NCBI GenBank assembly: GCA_008632985.1
Contig: QPGO01000060.1
Location: forward strand, 1 to 64,000
Source of the DNA: Psammoneis japonica
Taxonomy: Eukaryota
DNA length: 64,000 nucleotides
Direction: 5' to 3'
Shown: one piece after another, positions 38,301-51,070 of the stretch
Layout of the letters: each line of letters opens with the position of its first letter
Numbering within the stretch: the first letter of the stretch is position 1
Made by a program: the position numbers and the translations under genes
The notes under the pieces: generated by a model
What the model was told of the DNA's origin: nothing
Seen by the model: only the letters and a program-made list of their open reading frames with translations
Databases searched by the model: none

Positions 38301-39226
38301 AATTAATCACTTTGATCCTGAAACAGCGACAATGACCCGAGAATCCATGAGTAAGTCAAGATTTGACCACCCGCGCGCGATCAATCGCGATTGCACTCAC
38401 GTTTATCTCGCTTTCACTCTTTGATTTAACTCCATTTTCAGTCAAAACCATTGGGGATTTGAACAATGCGACTAATGCTGATAGTGGTTTCATGGCATCA
38501 ACATGGAGTGAATCTCTTTTCACCTCTATTCTTCAGAACGATAATCTGCATTCAACTCTTGCCGGAACGACTGTCGACCACGACTTTGGGACCTCGGATC
38601 TTGGGAAGAAGCTCGCAGTTGTCGCGAAGATGATCAAGACTCGCGAGACACGAGACAAAAATCTAGATGTTTTCTATGTCCAGTTTGGTGGCTGGGACCA
38701 CCATTCGAATTTGCTAGAGAACCTGGAGAATCGATTCGCACAAGTCAATGAGGCAATTTCTGCTTTTGTCGCCGAGTTGAAGGATGAAGGAGTCTGGAAT
38801 CAAACCACTGTAATCCAGACAAGTGATTTCGCTCGCACCTTGAATCCCAATTCGGGAGGTGGATCGGATCATGGCTGGGGTAAGTGTCTTCCACTTGTGC
38901 CATCCAAACTGGGTGCCGTCAATTTCAAATTGCCTCTGTGAGCTCACTGTTCCTTGTCCCCCCTTTTCCTTGCAGGCGGCAATTACTTTCTCTTTGGAGG
39001 CTCTGTGAAGGGTGGAAAGATTTTGGGTACATACCCGGAAGATCTCACTGACGCAAGTCCGCTAAACTTAGGACGAGGAAGAATGCTGCCTACGACGAGC
39101 TGGACTCAAGTGTTTCCAGCTATCGCTGAGTGGAGTGGAGTGGACGACGAAACCATGCTTGATTATGTGTGCCCGAATCGCGACGTCTTTCCGACAACTT
39201 TTAGCAAGAATGACTTGTTTGAATAG
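26345..39226 (+). CDS. Very large secreted multidomain protein (~3,800 aa, ~14 exons): G8-like + carbohydrate-binding-like repeats + parallel beta-helix + Ser/Pro linker + DUF1800 + DUF1501
   Basis: Signal peptide MILRVFAVTCLLCPSVTA. G8-like GLDIQGKLVI...KPFIVAGGKITVHG. TMEM2/fibrocystin-like ALLSRNIVLEG, NFGQQKELARYPINMH, RCVVIQGT, GHCFMTEDGSE. CBM-like NLIRNGDAE and LVYNGDF. DUF1800-like DQLRQRMAWALSQ, ADENFAREIMQLFTTG, SIREPLIR. DUF1501-like MFAGGCDSFN, QLFAHNTMQ, GGWDHH, SDFARTLNPN, SDHGWG. GT-AG introns at about 26971-27070, 27226-27317, 28219-28312, 29331-29415, 29539-29616, 31052-31137, 31431-31528, 31591-31680, 33067-33384, 36721-36809, 37252-37335, 38351-38441, 38880-38975. About four 1-bp frameshifts lie between 32520 and 34740. 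Confidence 0.85.
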
Positions 39227-39411
39227 TGTGCATTAACCCGATGCTTCCATTCAAATTATAATTTACTCTTCTATCTCCTGTACCGTCTGTAGCTTTTATC
39301 GTGCCTTGCCCAATGAAGGCCACTGAATAGCATCGACATACACACATCTCGAAATTTGGCGTGTCATAATCTCAGTTCTTCTGAGTTTCTTCTTTCTCCC
39401 ATGCATCCACC

Positions 39412-42400
39412 AAGTCGCGAGGGATCTTATCAGGATGAAGGAAGCATTTCAGCTGCCGAGGCTGTGGCAAAATAGAAGTAGAACAGGAAGAGATGAGAAG
39501 TGTGGTGCAATGACCCTGTTTACCGTTTGTCAATTGAGAATGGAACTCACCTCATTTGAGGACCGCTGGCCTGTTGTACAACACCACATCTGTGGAATGC
39601 CTTCGCCTTTGTCAGAACATGGCATTCAATGCCAAAGGCTGATTACTGCAGTTGTTGAAACACCCGTGGTTGTGTGGCCCATGTGGTCAAAATCTGCTTT
39701 TTCACATCCGGTTGCTCCAGGCTGTCTTCCTGTGCCTTGGAAGCATCTTCTGGCTTCAATGCATTGCCAGCATGATCACTGGCAATGGTCAGTTGCAGTG
39801 TCAGATGTGACAAAGGACCTTTTTGGCAATTTTGAAAAAAGAGTGCAATGGTGGTGGACTGGTGGATGCAGTGTGCTGCACACAATTGTTGTGGTGCCGC
39901 AAAATGGCGCCATTTTTGGGTCGACCGCTGCACAAAGAATCAAGTCAAGACTGATTGACAGTGCAATTGCCCTTCCAATGGGGTTGCACTGTGTTTTTTT
40001 CTGTGCCATGGTTGCCTTCAAGGCATTTGAAAAGCTGCTCAAATCATTGGGTGGCAAACTCACCAACTTTTTTCAGTGCCAACACTTGGCAATCAAGTGC
40101 ACCCAAAAGAGGAGGAATGGTGAGCCCCATTTCTCACATGCCATGAAGCAGTGGCAGAGTCCCACAAGTGAGCCACAGATTGCAAAAATGAACCTCAACC
40201 ATTTTTGCCAAAGAAGTCAAACATGATGCCATGCAGCTCAGCAATGAGTTTTTAAAGAGCTTGCAGTGACCCAGAACAACTCAGCAAAAATGGTGAATCT
40301 GCATTGGGCTTTCACCATTCACCAGTCACATTGCACACATTGACAAATCTTCTGCATGGTTTGCTTTTTTTCTTGCCATGTTGTCATTGGCTTGGCCTGG
40401 CTGCAGCAGTTGGCAGCATAAAAGCAACTTTTAAGAATGACAGGCAGTGCAGTCTTGCACCTCCCACCATTGCAGAGTCAAGAAAACCATTTCCAATGAT
40501 CAAGTTCACATCTTGAACAAGCATGGGTTGACTGTTGTTCAGAATTTGCACTCATGCAGTTGTCCCAGAAATGCAAGTTGTGCAACCAATTGACCAAAGT
40601 GTCCTGCATGCTTTTGTTTGCCCAGCTCTTCTGCATCTTCATCCACCTGATTTGGCTCTTCTGCTGTGGGGATTGACAGTGTTGGGGCAGACCAATGGCC
40701 TGCCTCTCCACAAGCACATCTTTCAACAACTCTTCTGGAGTGTGAGCCAAAATCTTCTGTGCATGGCTGCCCAACCTGCTTGCACTTTGCCTCCAGTTTC
40801 TCTGCCTCTTCTGCAGTGGCTTCCTCTGCAACAAGAATTGTGTGCACCTTGTCAGCAGCGCACATTGTGGCAATTGTGCATCACCCCAAATCTTTGCTGC
40901 CTTCCTCTTCTTCTTTGTTGGTCCATCCATCAGAGTCCATGCATTCCTGTGACAAAACACCAACTCTTTTTCTGGCTCATGGAGGATGCAGCTGAGAGGC
41001 ACGTGTTGCCAACTTTTTGTGGTCCTCTTTGGTGGGACCTTGCACTCTTGCAAACAACAGTGTTGCCGCCCACCTCACCTCTGCGCCTGCACTGTTTTGC
41101 AAAAAAGTGGGTTTCCAACCAACTTGCAAAATGTCTTGGCATGTCTCTCCTCCAGCACTTCTTTGGCATCTGCACCCACTTGTTGCAGGTCAGGACCAGC
41201 CAGGCTTCTTGTGTGCACACTCAACAGCTTGGCTGGTGTCTCTCTTGTCAGCTGGTTTGCAAAGTCCAACATCCTTGCCTGCAGCAACCATGTCATTTCA
41301 CTTGCCTTGGTTTCTGTGTCCTCCATCACCATCTCCTGCTGCCTTTTCTTCTGGATCTGACATCTTTCATTCCTGCCTCTTTGCTCTCTTCATTCCTTTC
41401 TACAACATCATGTGTGTGCTGTCAGCAATCCAGCCCTCAAGTGAAAATGTTTGGTGAGTTTGGCAAGTGAGGCACTTGCACGGTGCATGACCTGCAGATG
41501 AAAAAGTCTGGTTGCACATGACTCACCACATCTTTGCAAAGCCACTGTTCCTTTCCAGCACCTGGCGGTCCTGTGCATCATCCAGAACAACCATTGGAGT
41601 CAAACCTGTGCCCCTGCTGCTTCCGCCTTGGTGGTCTCTCTTGCCACAATGTCATGCTCTGCATGGGTTGGCAATTTGATTGTCCCAACCCACATTGCAG
41701 GGAAAGCCTGATGGGACAACTTTTTTCATCCCAACAGATGTTCTCTTTCCCATTGCAGCCCACAGAGTTTGGCACAATGTCAGCTGCTTCTCATTGTTAA
41801 AGTTGTGAGGGATCTTGTCAGGATGAAGAAAGCATTTTTGCCACCATGCGGCTACAAAATAGAACAGGCTGGAAATGAGAAGTGTGGACGCAACCCTGAT
41901 GAATGACTGTCAACAGATGATGAAGCTCACCTCGTTTGAGGACTGCTGGATTGTTGGACAACTACACACCTGTGGAATGACTTGTGCTTGTCAAAGCATT
42001 TGTGGGGTTCAATGCCAAAGGCTGGATTGGCCTTTCCATGGTTGTTGAAATGCTGGTGGTTGCACAGGCCCTGTGGTCAAAATGTGCTTTTTCACATCTG
42101 GTTGCTCCAAGCTTTTTCCTTGGAAGCATCTTCAGGCTTCAATGCATTGCCAGATTGAGCATTGGCAATGGATGGCTGCTGTGTCTGAGATGATGATGGA
42201 CCTTTTTGGCAATTTTGAGAAGAGTGCAATGGTGGCAGACTGGCAGATGTGGCAGGCTCATGCTGTGTGTGGACGTTTTTGGCGATTTTGAGAAGAGTGC
42301 AATGGTGGCGGACTGGCAGATGTGGCAGGCTCATGCTGTGTGTGGACCTTTTTGGCAATTTTGAGAAGAGTGCAATGGTGGTTGACAGGCAGTTGTGGCA

Positions 42401-44340
42401 GGCTCATGCTGTGTGTGATGTCATTTTTGACAAATGGTGCCATTTTTGCTTGGCTGCTGCACACTGTAAGAACAAGTCAAGATTGATCCACGTTGTAACT
42501 GTTTTTGTTTTTTTTTTCTGTGCCATGGTGGCTGCCTTCAAGTCATTTAGAAAGCACTCAAATCCTTGCTTGGGTGATGATTGTGAGAGGGGCACCAAAG
42601 AGCAAACTGCAAAACTCACAGACTTGTTTCAGTGCCAGTGCTTGGCAATCAAGTGTGCCCAAGAGAGGAGTGGTGAATCCCTTTTTTTGCATGAAGTGGT
42701 GGAGCCACACAAGTGAGCCACACAAAGATCACAAAAATGCACCTTGACCTTTTTGCCAAAGAAGTCAACCAGGGCATCACAGCAAAGACTCAATTTGGCA
42801 TGAAGTGAGTTGCAAAATTCAAATGTGGACTCATCGTCTTTGCCAAGTTGTGCTGCAGTTGCCTCCCTCTAGCCCCAACAACGACTGGGTGTGATGCAAA
42901 CTGGCACACTTCTTTGTGGACTGCACCAGCAGCCATTTTTTGCACTGCACTGTGTGCCAAGACAATGAGCTCTGCTGATGCTGCCACTTTTTCTTGGAGG
43001 CTTCTGATGTGGACATTCAGGTGGACAAAAGGAGCATCAAAGTGACAACTGAAGAGTGGAAATGAGTCACAGGTTGCTCTTCTGCACAAAGCGCCAGAGC
43101 ACTGTCTTGTCAGAAATGAAAAGCCACACCCTGCATTGTCAAAGGAGCTCAAAGCATCTTGTCCAAAGGATGTTTTGTCCAACTCAGCTCAGTTGGCAAC
43201 AAGCACAAGCAACAAATCAGGCAAATGAGAGCCAAACAAGCCTCTTTGACAATGCAAGATGTGTGAACCTCAAATGCAAAAAGCAACTTGTCCCATGACA
43301 AATTCAGAACTCAGTGCATGCATGTGTCACCACATGTCAAGGTGCAAGAGCCCATCAAAGTCACACTCTCCAGCTCTGGGTGGGAATTTTTGGGACAATT
43401 GTCCCACAAAATTCTGTGTGCGACTCTGTGGCTTGCAGCGCGCCAGGCACAGTGAGTGTGTGGTGTGTGCATGTTGTGTCTTTGACGTCTTAACAAATGG
43501 CCACTTTTGTGGCACCATTGCACCTCCTCTTCATGCTCAAAACTTTTGAAAATCTGCACGCATGTCTGCATTCTGCAGGCATCACAGAGAGTGCAGCTCT
43601 GCACAAAAAAACACATTGAAAGCTGCCCTGTGGATTGCCCAAAAAATTGCTTCACAAATCAGCCCAAAACCAACCCTCATTTTAGTCTTTTGAACATGCA
43701 CCTCACTGCCCTCTGCTGCTCTTCATCAAGCCTCTCCTTGATGAGGGCTTTGAGCACTCCCTTGTCAAAGTTCGTTTTTTGGATTCATCAGCTCCAGCAG
43801 GGAGACCAAAAAAAGACAAAAGAGGATTTGAGAAGGGTGCGCAAAACAGCTCCTGCTGCGTGCATGGTTTATTTTGTGAGTGCTTGTCAGTCATCAGATC
43901 CATGTTGTTTTTTGGCATTTGTGTTCCTTGCACCGCCTGTGAGTGCATGGGTTTCTGGCATCGTCTTGCAAATCAGCTCGCCTTGCTGTGTCACAGCTGG
44001 TTGCACAGCAGGGGGCGGGTCGCAGAGGAGTGCAAGGTGCTCGCTGTCCCAGCATCAAAGGATTTGAGGATGAGCAAAAACCCAACACCAAAAGGGAGAG
44101 TGTGAACAAGCTCTGTCAGGTGGGAGACAAAGCAGTGAAGCACAGCACACTTGCAGCTGGCAAATGGACAAAAACTGAGCACAGACTGCAGCAAGCGAGA
44201 GCCGCTGCTTTTTGCAATGCTGCTGGTGGCTTCTCTCCGGTTTTCGTGACACGGCAACTCCACATAAAAACAAACGATTGATTGGGGAAACATGCATGCC
44301 AAAGAAGGATGACATCACATCTTTGGAATTTTTTTGCAAG
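39412..44340. mobile_element. Unclassified decayed repeat island with long direct repeats
   Basis: TA/CG-depleted. 39412-40220 is repeated at 41800-42768. No recognisable protein domain. Confidence 0.6.
42199..42418 (+). repeat. Tandem repeat, 3 copies of ~73 bp
   Basis: ggacctttttggcaattttgagaagagtgcaatggtggcagactggcagatgtggcaggctcatgctgtgtgt repeated three times with variants; there is a single related unit in the upstream copy (~39816). Confidence 0.88.
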
Positions 44341-44570
44341 AGGTAAAGGGAGCAGTGCAACACGTGTCGGAAGGTCATTGCCGCGTGTCAAAAATTCTGC
44401 GCCAACGAAACATTCGTTGTACTAAAACTCTGTAGAATCCTACGTAAAAGATGCGTGCCTCCTCGGCATTTTGAGGCGAACTTATCTTGGAATTTCCCCT
44501 CGCTCATTCATCTTCATTCTTCATCTCACTCTCGCTGTGTTGTTCCTCCATTGCAGGCAGTGAAGCAGAG

Positions 44571-47072
44571 ATGATGCGCACAAGTATGAAGGAAGACTGC
44601 AGTCTAGCAAAAACGCAAGACACCAACATTGCCTCCGCTCACGATAATGAAGATTTCGATGACGAAGAAGTTGAAGTCGACGTTAGCGACATCACAGGTA
44701 GCTGCAAAGAAGAAGGACAGCAAGAACAGCAAGAAGAGACACATCACTCATCTGTCCGCAGTTCTTTTGAGAAGCATCAAGGCGAGAAGCTCTCGTGGTC
44801 GAATATGAACATGGTATTGGTAAGTAGCGTTCGTTAGAGAAACAACGTCTTCTTATCGCCTGTGAAATGAAAAACTGACACGAATCTCTGTTTCGAGTCC
44901 TGCAGAGAGCAAAGGGGAAAGAACCTGAGCGATACATTCTTCGAGATGTCTGGGGAGAGGCGTGCCCTGGAGAAATTACGGCGCTCATGGGGCCAAGTGG
45001 AGCGGGGAAAACTTCTCTCTTAAACATTCTTGCAGGAAGGGCCAAGTCTACCAAGCGCATCTCTCTCGAATCAAAAGTAACGTTGGGCGGACATGCGTTA
45101 GATGTTTCAAAGCTTAGCACCATTCGTGAAAAGATTGCTTTTGTAGCTCAGGAGGACTCGCTCCATGAAGCTTCCACACCCAGGGAAGCTATCCAGTTTT
45201 CAGCAAGACTGCGACTCCCGAGGACCTCTAGCGATGAAGATATAGATGAAACTGTCTCATCTTACATCAAAGAGCTCGGTTTGGAATCCTGTGCAGACAC
45301 GATCATTGGGGGAGGCTTGAATAAGGGAATTTCTGGTGGTGAGAAGAAACGCACGAGCATCGGTGTGGAGCTTGTGGTTCTGCCTTCGATTGTTTTTCTA
45401 GACGAGCCCACCAGGTAAGAGATTGGGGTCATTACATGAAATTTCAGGTGCAGCATGGAATGCCTCACAAATTTTGTCAAGTGGCCTAGATTCGTTTTCT
45501 GCTGAACAGGTATGCAAGGTGTTGAAGCGAGTGGCATCGGCAGGAACATCTGTTCTATTCACGATCCATCAACCCTCTCCCGATGTCTTTGAATCTTTTG
45601 ATAAGGTTAGTTTTGAACGGCCTTCCCCAAAATTGAATTGGTCAATGTCGTTTATGCTCCTTCTAACATTGAACTATGCCATGATAAGGTTATACTTATC
45701 AGACAAGGCCGGGTCATGTTCCAAGGACCGGTCAGTCGAGTTGAACCTGACTTTGAGAACAACGGCTATCCTATCCCGCCCCACTTTAATCCTGCCGACT
45801 GGATGCTGGTAAGTGGAATGAAGCTGTTCCCAGGCGCTCTGTATGCTTTTCTTGCTAACTTTCTTTTGTTTATGCCGCTTCATTAATTATTCAGCGGGTA
45901 GCACAGGGAACCCCCGAGAATGAACTGGAGCAAAATGGGTTCTATCCAATCGATAAGCGTCCGGCTGAAGCCACAACGGCCGCCCAAAAGAAGCCTAAAG
46001 TGCAAAGTGAACGTGTGCGATTTCGAACGGAGCTGTATCTTCTTTTCGTGCGCGAGAAGAGGAGCCTGGTGCGAAAGCCTATTGGATTTATTATCAACAT
46101 GGTCATTACGGGTTTCCTAGCGTTTCTCTATGGAATTTTCTTCTTGGATGTCGGCGAACTGGACCGAACAAACCCAACGGTAAGCCAGTGCAACTGATCA
46201 CAGAATGATGCCACGACGTGTTTCACTCATTCAATGGCTGGTATTTTTCTTCCAGGACACTCAAGCACAGCTCGGTGCAATTGTTAACGTCCTGATATCT
46301 ACCATGATGGGACAGGCACAGGGGTCGCTCACAACCTTCCCCACTGAACGTCCATTGTTTCTAAGAGAATACGCTACAAACCATTACTCGGTTCTGCCGT
46401 ATTTTCTGTCCAAATTTGCTACTGAGCTCTTTAACGCGTTCTTCGCGATGATGCTGCAGGTACGCGAGCTCATCGATGTCACACCTTTTACTTTTCATGC
46501 CCATCTCATCCCTCTTTCCTCTGTGTTCTCATTTAGTCTCTTATTGTGTATTACATGATCAAGTTCAGTCTGGGATTTGGTGTCTTCTTCTTCATCAACT
46601 TCTCCCTCGCGCTGACGAGTACAGCAGTAGCGGTTCTACTCGGCAGTGCTTTGTCGGATCCTGCAGCGGCACCACAGTTTTTTACTCTCATGGTCGTGCC
46701 TCAGTTTTACTTTTCTGGCGTGTTTATACCGATCGACTTAATCCCCAGCTTCGTGCGGTGAGTTAGATTCTTCCAATGCTTCGTTCAAACCTGATTAGGT
46801 CGCCATTGTGGTCTCATTCTCTCTTGGTGTTTAATCTCGGTAGCTGGGCTCAATATCTATGTTCCTTGAGGTATGCATCTGGACTTTCAATGATTTACGA
46901 GTTTTCGGATTGCGAGCCAGGACTTGAGCAACTCAATTGTGACAATATCTTGGAGCGCAACAACGTCAGCTCTGATGACTCGTGGTGGTTTTGGCTTGCT
47001 CTGTGGGGTCTGTTTCTGGCATTCCGACTCGGTGCCTTGGGATTGTTGAGGAAAAGAGCAAACTTTGCCTAG
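44571..47072 (+). CDS. ABCG (White-family) half-transporter, ~8 exons
   Basis: Walker A GPSGAGKT, Q-loop FVAQED, signature ISGGEKKR, Walker B IVFLDEPT, TIHQP, NPADW, then a TM domain with FPTERPLFLREY. GT-AG introns at ~44820-44905, 45414-45481, 45606-45688, 45809-45894, 46180-46255, 46460-46536, 46758-46843. Confidence 0.93.
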
Positions 47073-47597
47073 CTCTTGTGTCCAACTACTTGTGTGCGTG
47101 CATTCTCCGCTACGACCTAATTAGTCTGATTGCCTATGGTGTTGCACCCAATCAAGGGGGCAGCAAGGAGGATGCCACGTTTTTGTTGAAGAGTGTCGAA
47201 TGGAAAGCAAAGCAAACTCTTGTTGATTAGAACAGATCTATTTGAGATTGCACATATTTTAGTTCTCATGTAGCATAAGTCTAGTACGAAACCGGTAAAG
47301 AGGGCAAGACTACATATTGAATATTCAATGTCTCGAGTGCCTTGACCCTCTAGACAACCATTCCATTCAGGGGAAATGGGAGCGAGTTCTCAGCAGTGTC
47401 ATTCAAACAACAAAAGCTCATCTCTGCGTAGCAATTTTTTGAAGTGCCTACAGCACTCTCTGTCTTCCTTTTTCTTGCAACAATACAACACCCGTAGTGG
47501 TAATTCTACTTCTATTCGAAACTTATCGACGCTACATGTTTGGTCTTCTTTAACTTCTCATCTAGAGATGTGCACCCTCTTTGTCGCTATTTCTACC

Positions 47598-48650
47598 TCA
47601 CTGTGTGGAAAGTTTACAGCTCTTTCTCCTCCTCTTTGTCTGCTCGAGCATCAGAACTTCGTCAGGGACACAATCTTCATGTTCTTCTAGCAACAGACCG
47701 ACTGTGTGAATGAATGACTGCCGAATGCTTGATGCCCGACGTCCAATGCTCGAGTCAGCAATTGACTGTCGAAACGACTTTCGGCCGTTTGCTGGCAAGG
47801 AATGTTCGGTCCTCTTGACGTGACGCTCTTCACCTGCCTCCTGAAATGCCCTGGCGGCTGCATTTACTTTCATGATAGTTTTAGCCTTGCTCCACAGTTT
47901 TTGAGCTGGTAGTGGACGTCTCTTGACGTTTGCAAGTTCTGTCCCAAAGGCGCGATCGAGAATAGGCATAAAGTCGGCGTAGTTTCCGTGCCGATAACAG
48001 TGGTGATCGTCGTGATGCTGGTTATCATACACCACAACATTCACCATTGGAATCACAATTTTGAATTCGCGTCCGAGATGATTTACAAATATGCCAAATA
48101 GGCCAAGGAACAAGACGTACACAAAGACTCCGAAAATATGAGGCCGAAAGGGAAGCATCCAAATTGGAACAAAAATGACAAACATTCCAATCACTGAATC
48201 GCCGAGGTAGCCATAGATTCCATCAAAAGTGTTACTTGGGTAAGGTATTCGATGATGACCCTGGTGTATATGTGTGTAAAGGAGCTTGGAATGAACAAGT
48301 CGATGTACCCAGTAATTCATGAACTCGCGAACGACAAAACAGCCGACGATTGGAGCAGAGACAGACCACATGTTGGCCTCTTGCAGAGACCACATGACGT
48401 GATTCCCAGCTGCCGCCAAGTGAAGCATTGTCCCAGTCGAAGCTCCAATGACAAGCAAAGCACGAGCAACGTTCAACGTGTAGTCATGGGGCAGCTCGCC
48501 TTTCTGCGACAAATGGTGATTGATCGATCGCCGTCGTTTGAGACTGTTTGCCAACGGGATCATCACGACCGGCAACAACAACAAAAGAGCACATCCCACA
48601 GATACTCCGTGCCACCAAGAGGTGGCTAAAGAGGACCGAACGGCGTCCAT
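47598..48650 (-). CDS. Fatty acid hydroxylase / sterol desaturase superfamily membrane enzyme
   Basis: Histidine boxes YWVHRLVH, IHQGHH, NH and HHDDHH, followed by GNYA...DRAFGT; several hydrophobic segments. Confidence 0.9.
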   Translation of the reverse strand: MDAVRSSLATSWWHGVSVGCALLLLLPVVMIPLANSLKRRRSINHHLSQKGELPHDYTLNVARALLVIGASTGTMLHLAAAGNHVMWSLQEANMWSVSAPIVGCFVVREFMNYWVHRLVHSKLLYTHIHQGHHRIPYPSNTFDGIYGYLGDSVIGMFVIFVPIWMLPFRPHIFGVFVYVLFLGLFGIFVNHLGREFKIVIPMVNVVVYDNQHHDDHHCYRHGNYADFMPILDRAFGTELANVKRRPLPAQKLWSKAKTIMKVNAAARAFQEAGEERHVKRTEHSLPANGRKSFRQSIADSSIGRRASSIRQSFIHTVGLLLEEHEDCVPDEVLMLEQTKRRRKSCKLSTQ

Positions 48651-48829
48651 TGTCTTGGTTCAACAAGGTATCATCAAATACTGCAGTCACCCACCGTGCC
48701 GAATTGTTGCAGCATCTCTCAACAGCGGATTCATCACGTCGTGTCGTCGTGGCGTGTGCGCGGTTGGTCGCGCTTGCGACATTCGAATGTCAGATCCCGC
48801 GCGTTTGACCTCGGGCCACTAAAAAACAT

Positions 48830-49480
48830 GTTCACTTTTTATGGCTGGAGTGGAGATGGCTCCACTGGTGCTGAAGATGCCTTCTCCCAAAACCCAAGTT
48901 GGATGGCAGGGCCAGAGGGTCGGAGACGTGGTCTCTCGCTTCTCGCGCTTCTTCTGCTTTTCTTGAGGAGCGGCCAAAGGCAAGGAGAAAACAGTTGACG
49001 GCGCACTCAACAATGTGATGCACACACAATTCAGACAGGCAGTGGGTTACCTTGGTGCTTCAACTTCTTGAGGCCAATGACCTGCTGCATCGCTTTTCTC
49101 TGTTTCTCTCTGTGCTTGCGATGCGCTGCTTGAGCGTTGCTGTGAACCCCCACGTGCTCAACACCTTGGGTGCAGCAAAACATGCACACTTTGCTTTTTT
49201 AAAAGACAGAGTGGAAATGGCTGCTGCTCTGTGCCAAAGTGTGCCAAGACCTCCTGGCTCTTTTTGTGCTTTGTGCCGGTGCCGAGAGGAGCTGCGTGTG
49301 GCCCACCCCTTGTCGTCAACGAAAGAGCGGGGAGTGCGTGAAGAATCCAGCTCCACAAACTTGCAACTGCAGCCCTTGTTACAAGAACAACACTGCTTCT
49401 CCACTCTAGAGAAGTGACTGCTTCATCCAAAGCCAGCAGAGCCACGGACAGCCACAGCAAACATACAAACGCAAGCAAAT
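48830..49480. repeat. Small TpA-depleted island, probable TE remnant
   Basis: Abrupt local scarcity of TA and excess of TG/CA between normal-composition flanks; no domain recognised. Confidence 0.4.
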
Positions 49481-50315
49481 AAAGGCGCCTTCGTCCCAGT
49501 CCGTCCGTCCGCAGGCCGTCGTAAATGTCAGCGTCCGTCCGCCGCTCGATGCATGCTCGCTGTTTGCACTCTTTGCAACCTCACCGCACTCTTTCGCTCT
49601 TGTTGCTGCCTCTTTACCATGAGCAACGCTGGCGGCGCCGCCATTTCTTCGGAGCAACTCAAGGCGAGGTATATTGGGACCGGCCATGCTGATATGACGA
49701 AATAGTATGTTCAGAAAAATCTCCGTGGTAAACCACAGTCAAATTATGTTGTGCCGGTTGCTTCGAGTTGTTGCTTACTTCGCTGCGCGCTGCTTGTTTC
49801 CTTCGGTACTTTCTTGACAGTGAATGGTTAACCAACCAACATCGCGACACCTATGCTAGTCATGTTGGACACTATGACCATCTTTCGTACTACGCTGCAG
49901 CACAGAATGAGAGTGTTGGTCGAGTAAGGAGTCAGATGCTGGAGGTAGGCTGCGTACTGTTTGTCAAATTTGCACTTTGCACGTTGGTGTAGAACTTCTC
50001 TAATGCTTCTTCTCCGTCTTTGTTTTTCTTTGTCAGAAAATGTTGCAGCCTTGTGGACCGTAAGTACATTAGAATGACTCAAACTGCTTCGCACCGGTAC
50101 TTATTTCTAACCCTCCGTGGGATTCGTGTTTGTTTGCCTCGTTTTCCAGGCCACCCAAACCAAAGAAGCCATCCGAGGAGTAAAAGAACCAAGAAAACGA
50201 GATGAAATTGATGATTAAAGGAGCGCGATAAGATGTTTGAACATAGATACGCGATATTGATGTGGTAGCTGGTAAATTCAATCCACCCCCTTATATTGCT
50301 ACCTACCAAGATCAC

Positions 50316-51070
50316 TCATGCTTTTTGCTTTTCTACACCTCTTCGACACCACTTTGAGCTCCCTCGGATACTTTCTGATGAAAGTGTAAGCGCAGATTTG
50401 CTGCATCTTTTCCAGTTGGACTTGGCGTCTTCGTTTGCAAATTGACACGGTGTTTCTTTCGTGAGCCGTTTTTCAAAGCACGGGACCTTGCTTTTTAAAA
50501 TTTGATTCATCGTTAATTCCGTGTCGACTCCCGCTTCTTGCATCAATTGCTTGACAGTCGCACTCGACGAGAAAATAGGATGCGGTTTGATTGCTGTCCT
50601 GACAGCAAGGTGGAGGATGGATTGGCCATCATCGATCATCGAAAGGAGAGACTAGGGATTCGCCTCGAGGGGCATCTTCAACTTGGCCGTTGACACATGA
50701 CGACTACACACAACGTGAATCTGTAGCCAACCAATGCGATCCCTAATCGCCGCCGCTCCTTGAACGCGTTCGATAATGAACTTTGCAAAATATTTTGATG
50801 TGTAGTTAGTGAAAGCAATGTGGAGCGGCGTGCATTTCGACACACTGCCTTCAACGAGAAGAGCTGCTGGATAAGCTTCAATCATTGCAAAAGGCAAAAG
50901 CTCCTTGCTGGCATTGTCCACTTTCATGTTGCTTTGTAAAATCAAGTGAAAGTGGCAAGAGCCATACCTGGTATCCTTTTCTCACCATGATGACGGATGC
51001 GCCTGCAATCTTAAAGACACCGAAGGCAAGGTTCTTTCGAGCCTCCGTAGCTTCATCCTCTGAGGAAATT
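50316..51070 (-). pseudogene. Fragmented ankyrin-repeat-like gene
   Basis: EAYPAALLVEG...CTPLHIAF, RDRIGWLQIHVVC...LEANP, DGQSILHLAV are split over different frames and stops. Confidence 0.55.

Noticed and set aside
42199..42418. CRISPR-like array
   Set aside because: Head-to-tail ~73-bp tandem units with no unique spacers, eukaryotic context, no cas genes.
43943..44281. Myb-like GKWTKTEH motif
   Set aside because: Isolated short match with no remainder of a Myb domain, in decayed sequence.
44571..48650. ABCG + hydroxylase + PKS as a biosynthetic gene cluster
   Set aside because: The PKS is ~30 kb away, separated by TEs and an unrelated gene; there is no evidence of linkage beyond proximity.
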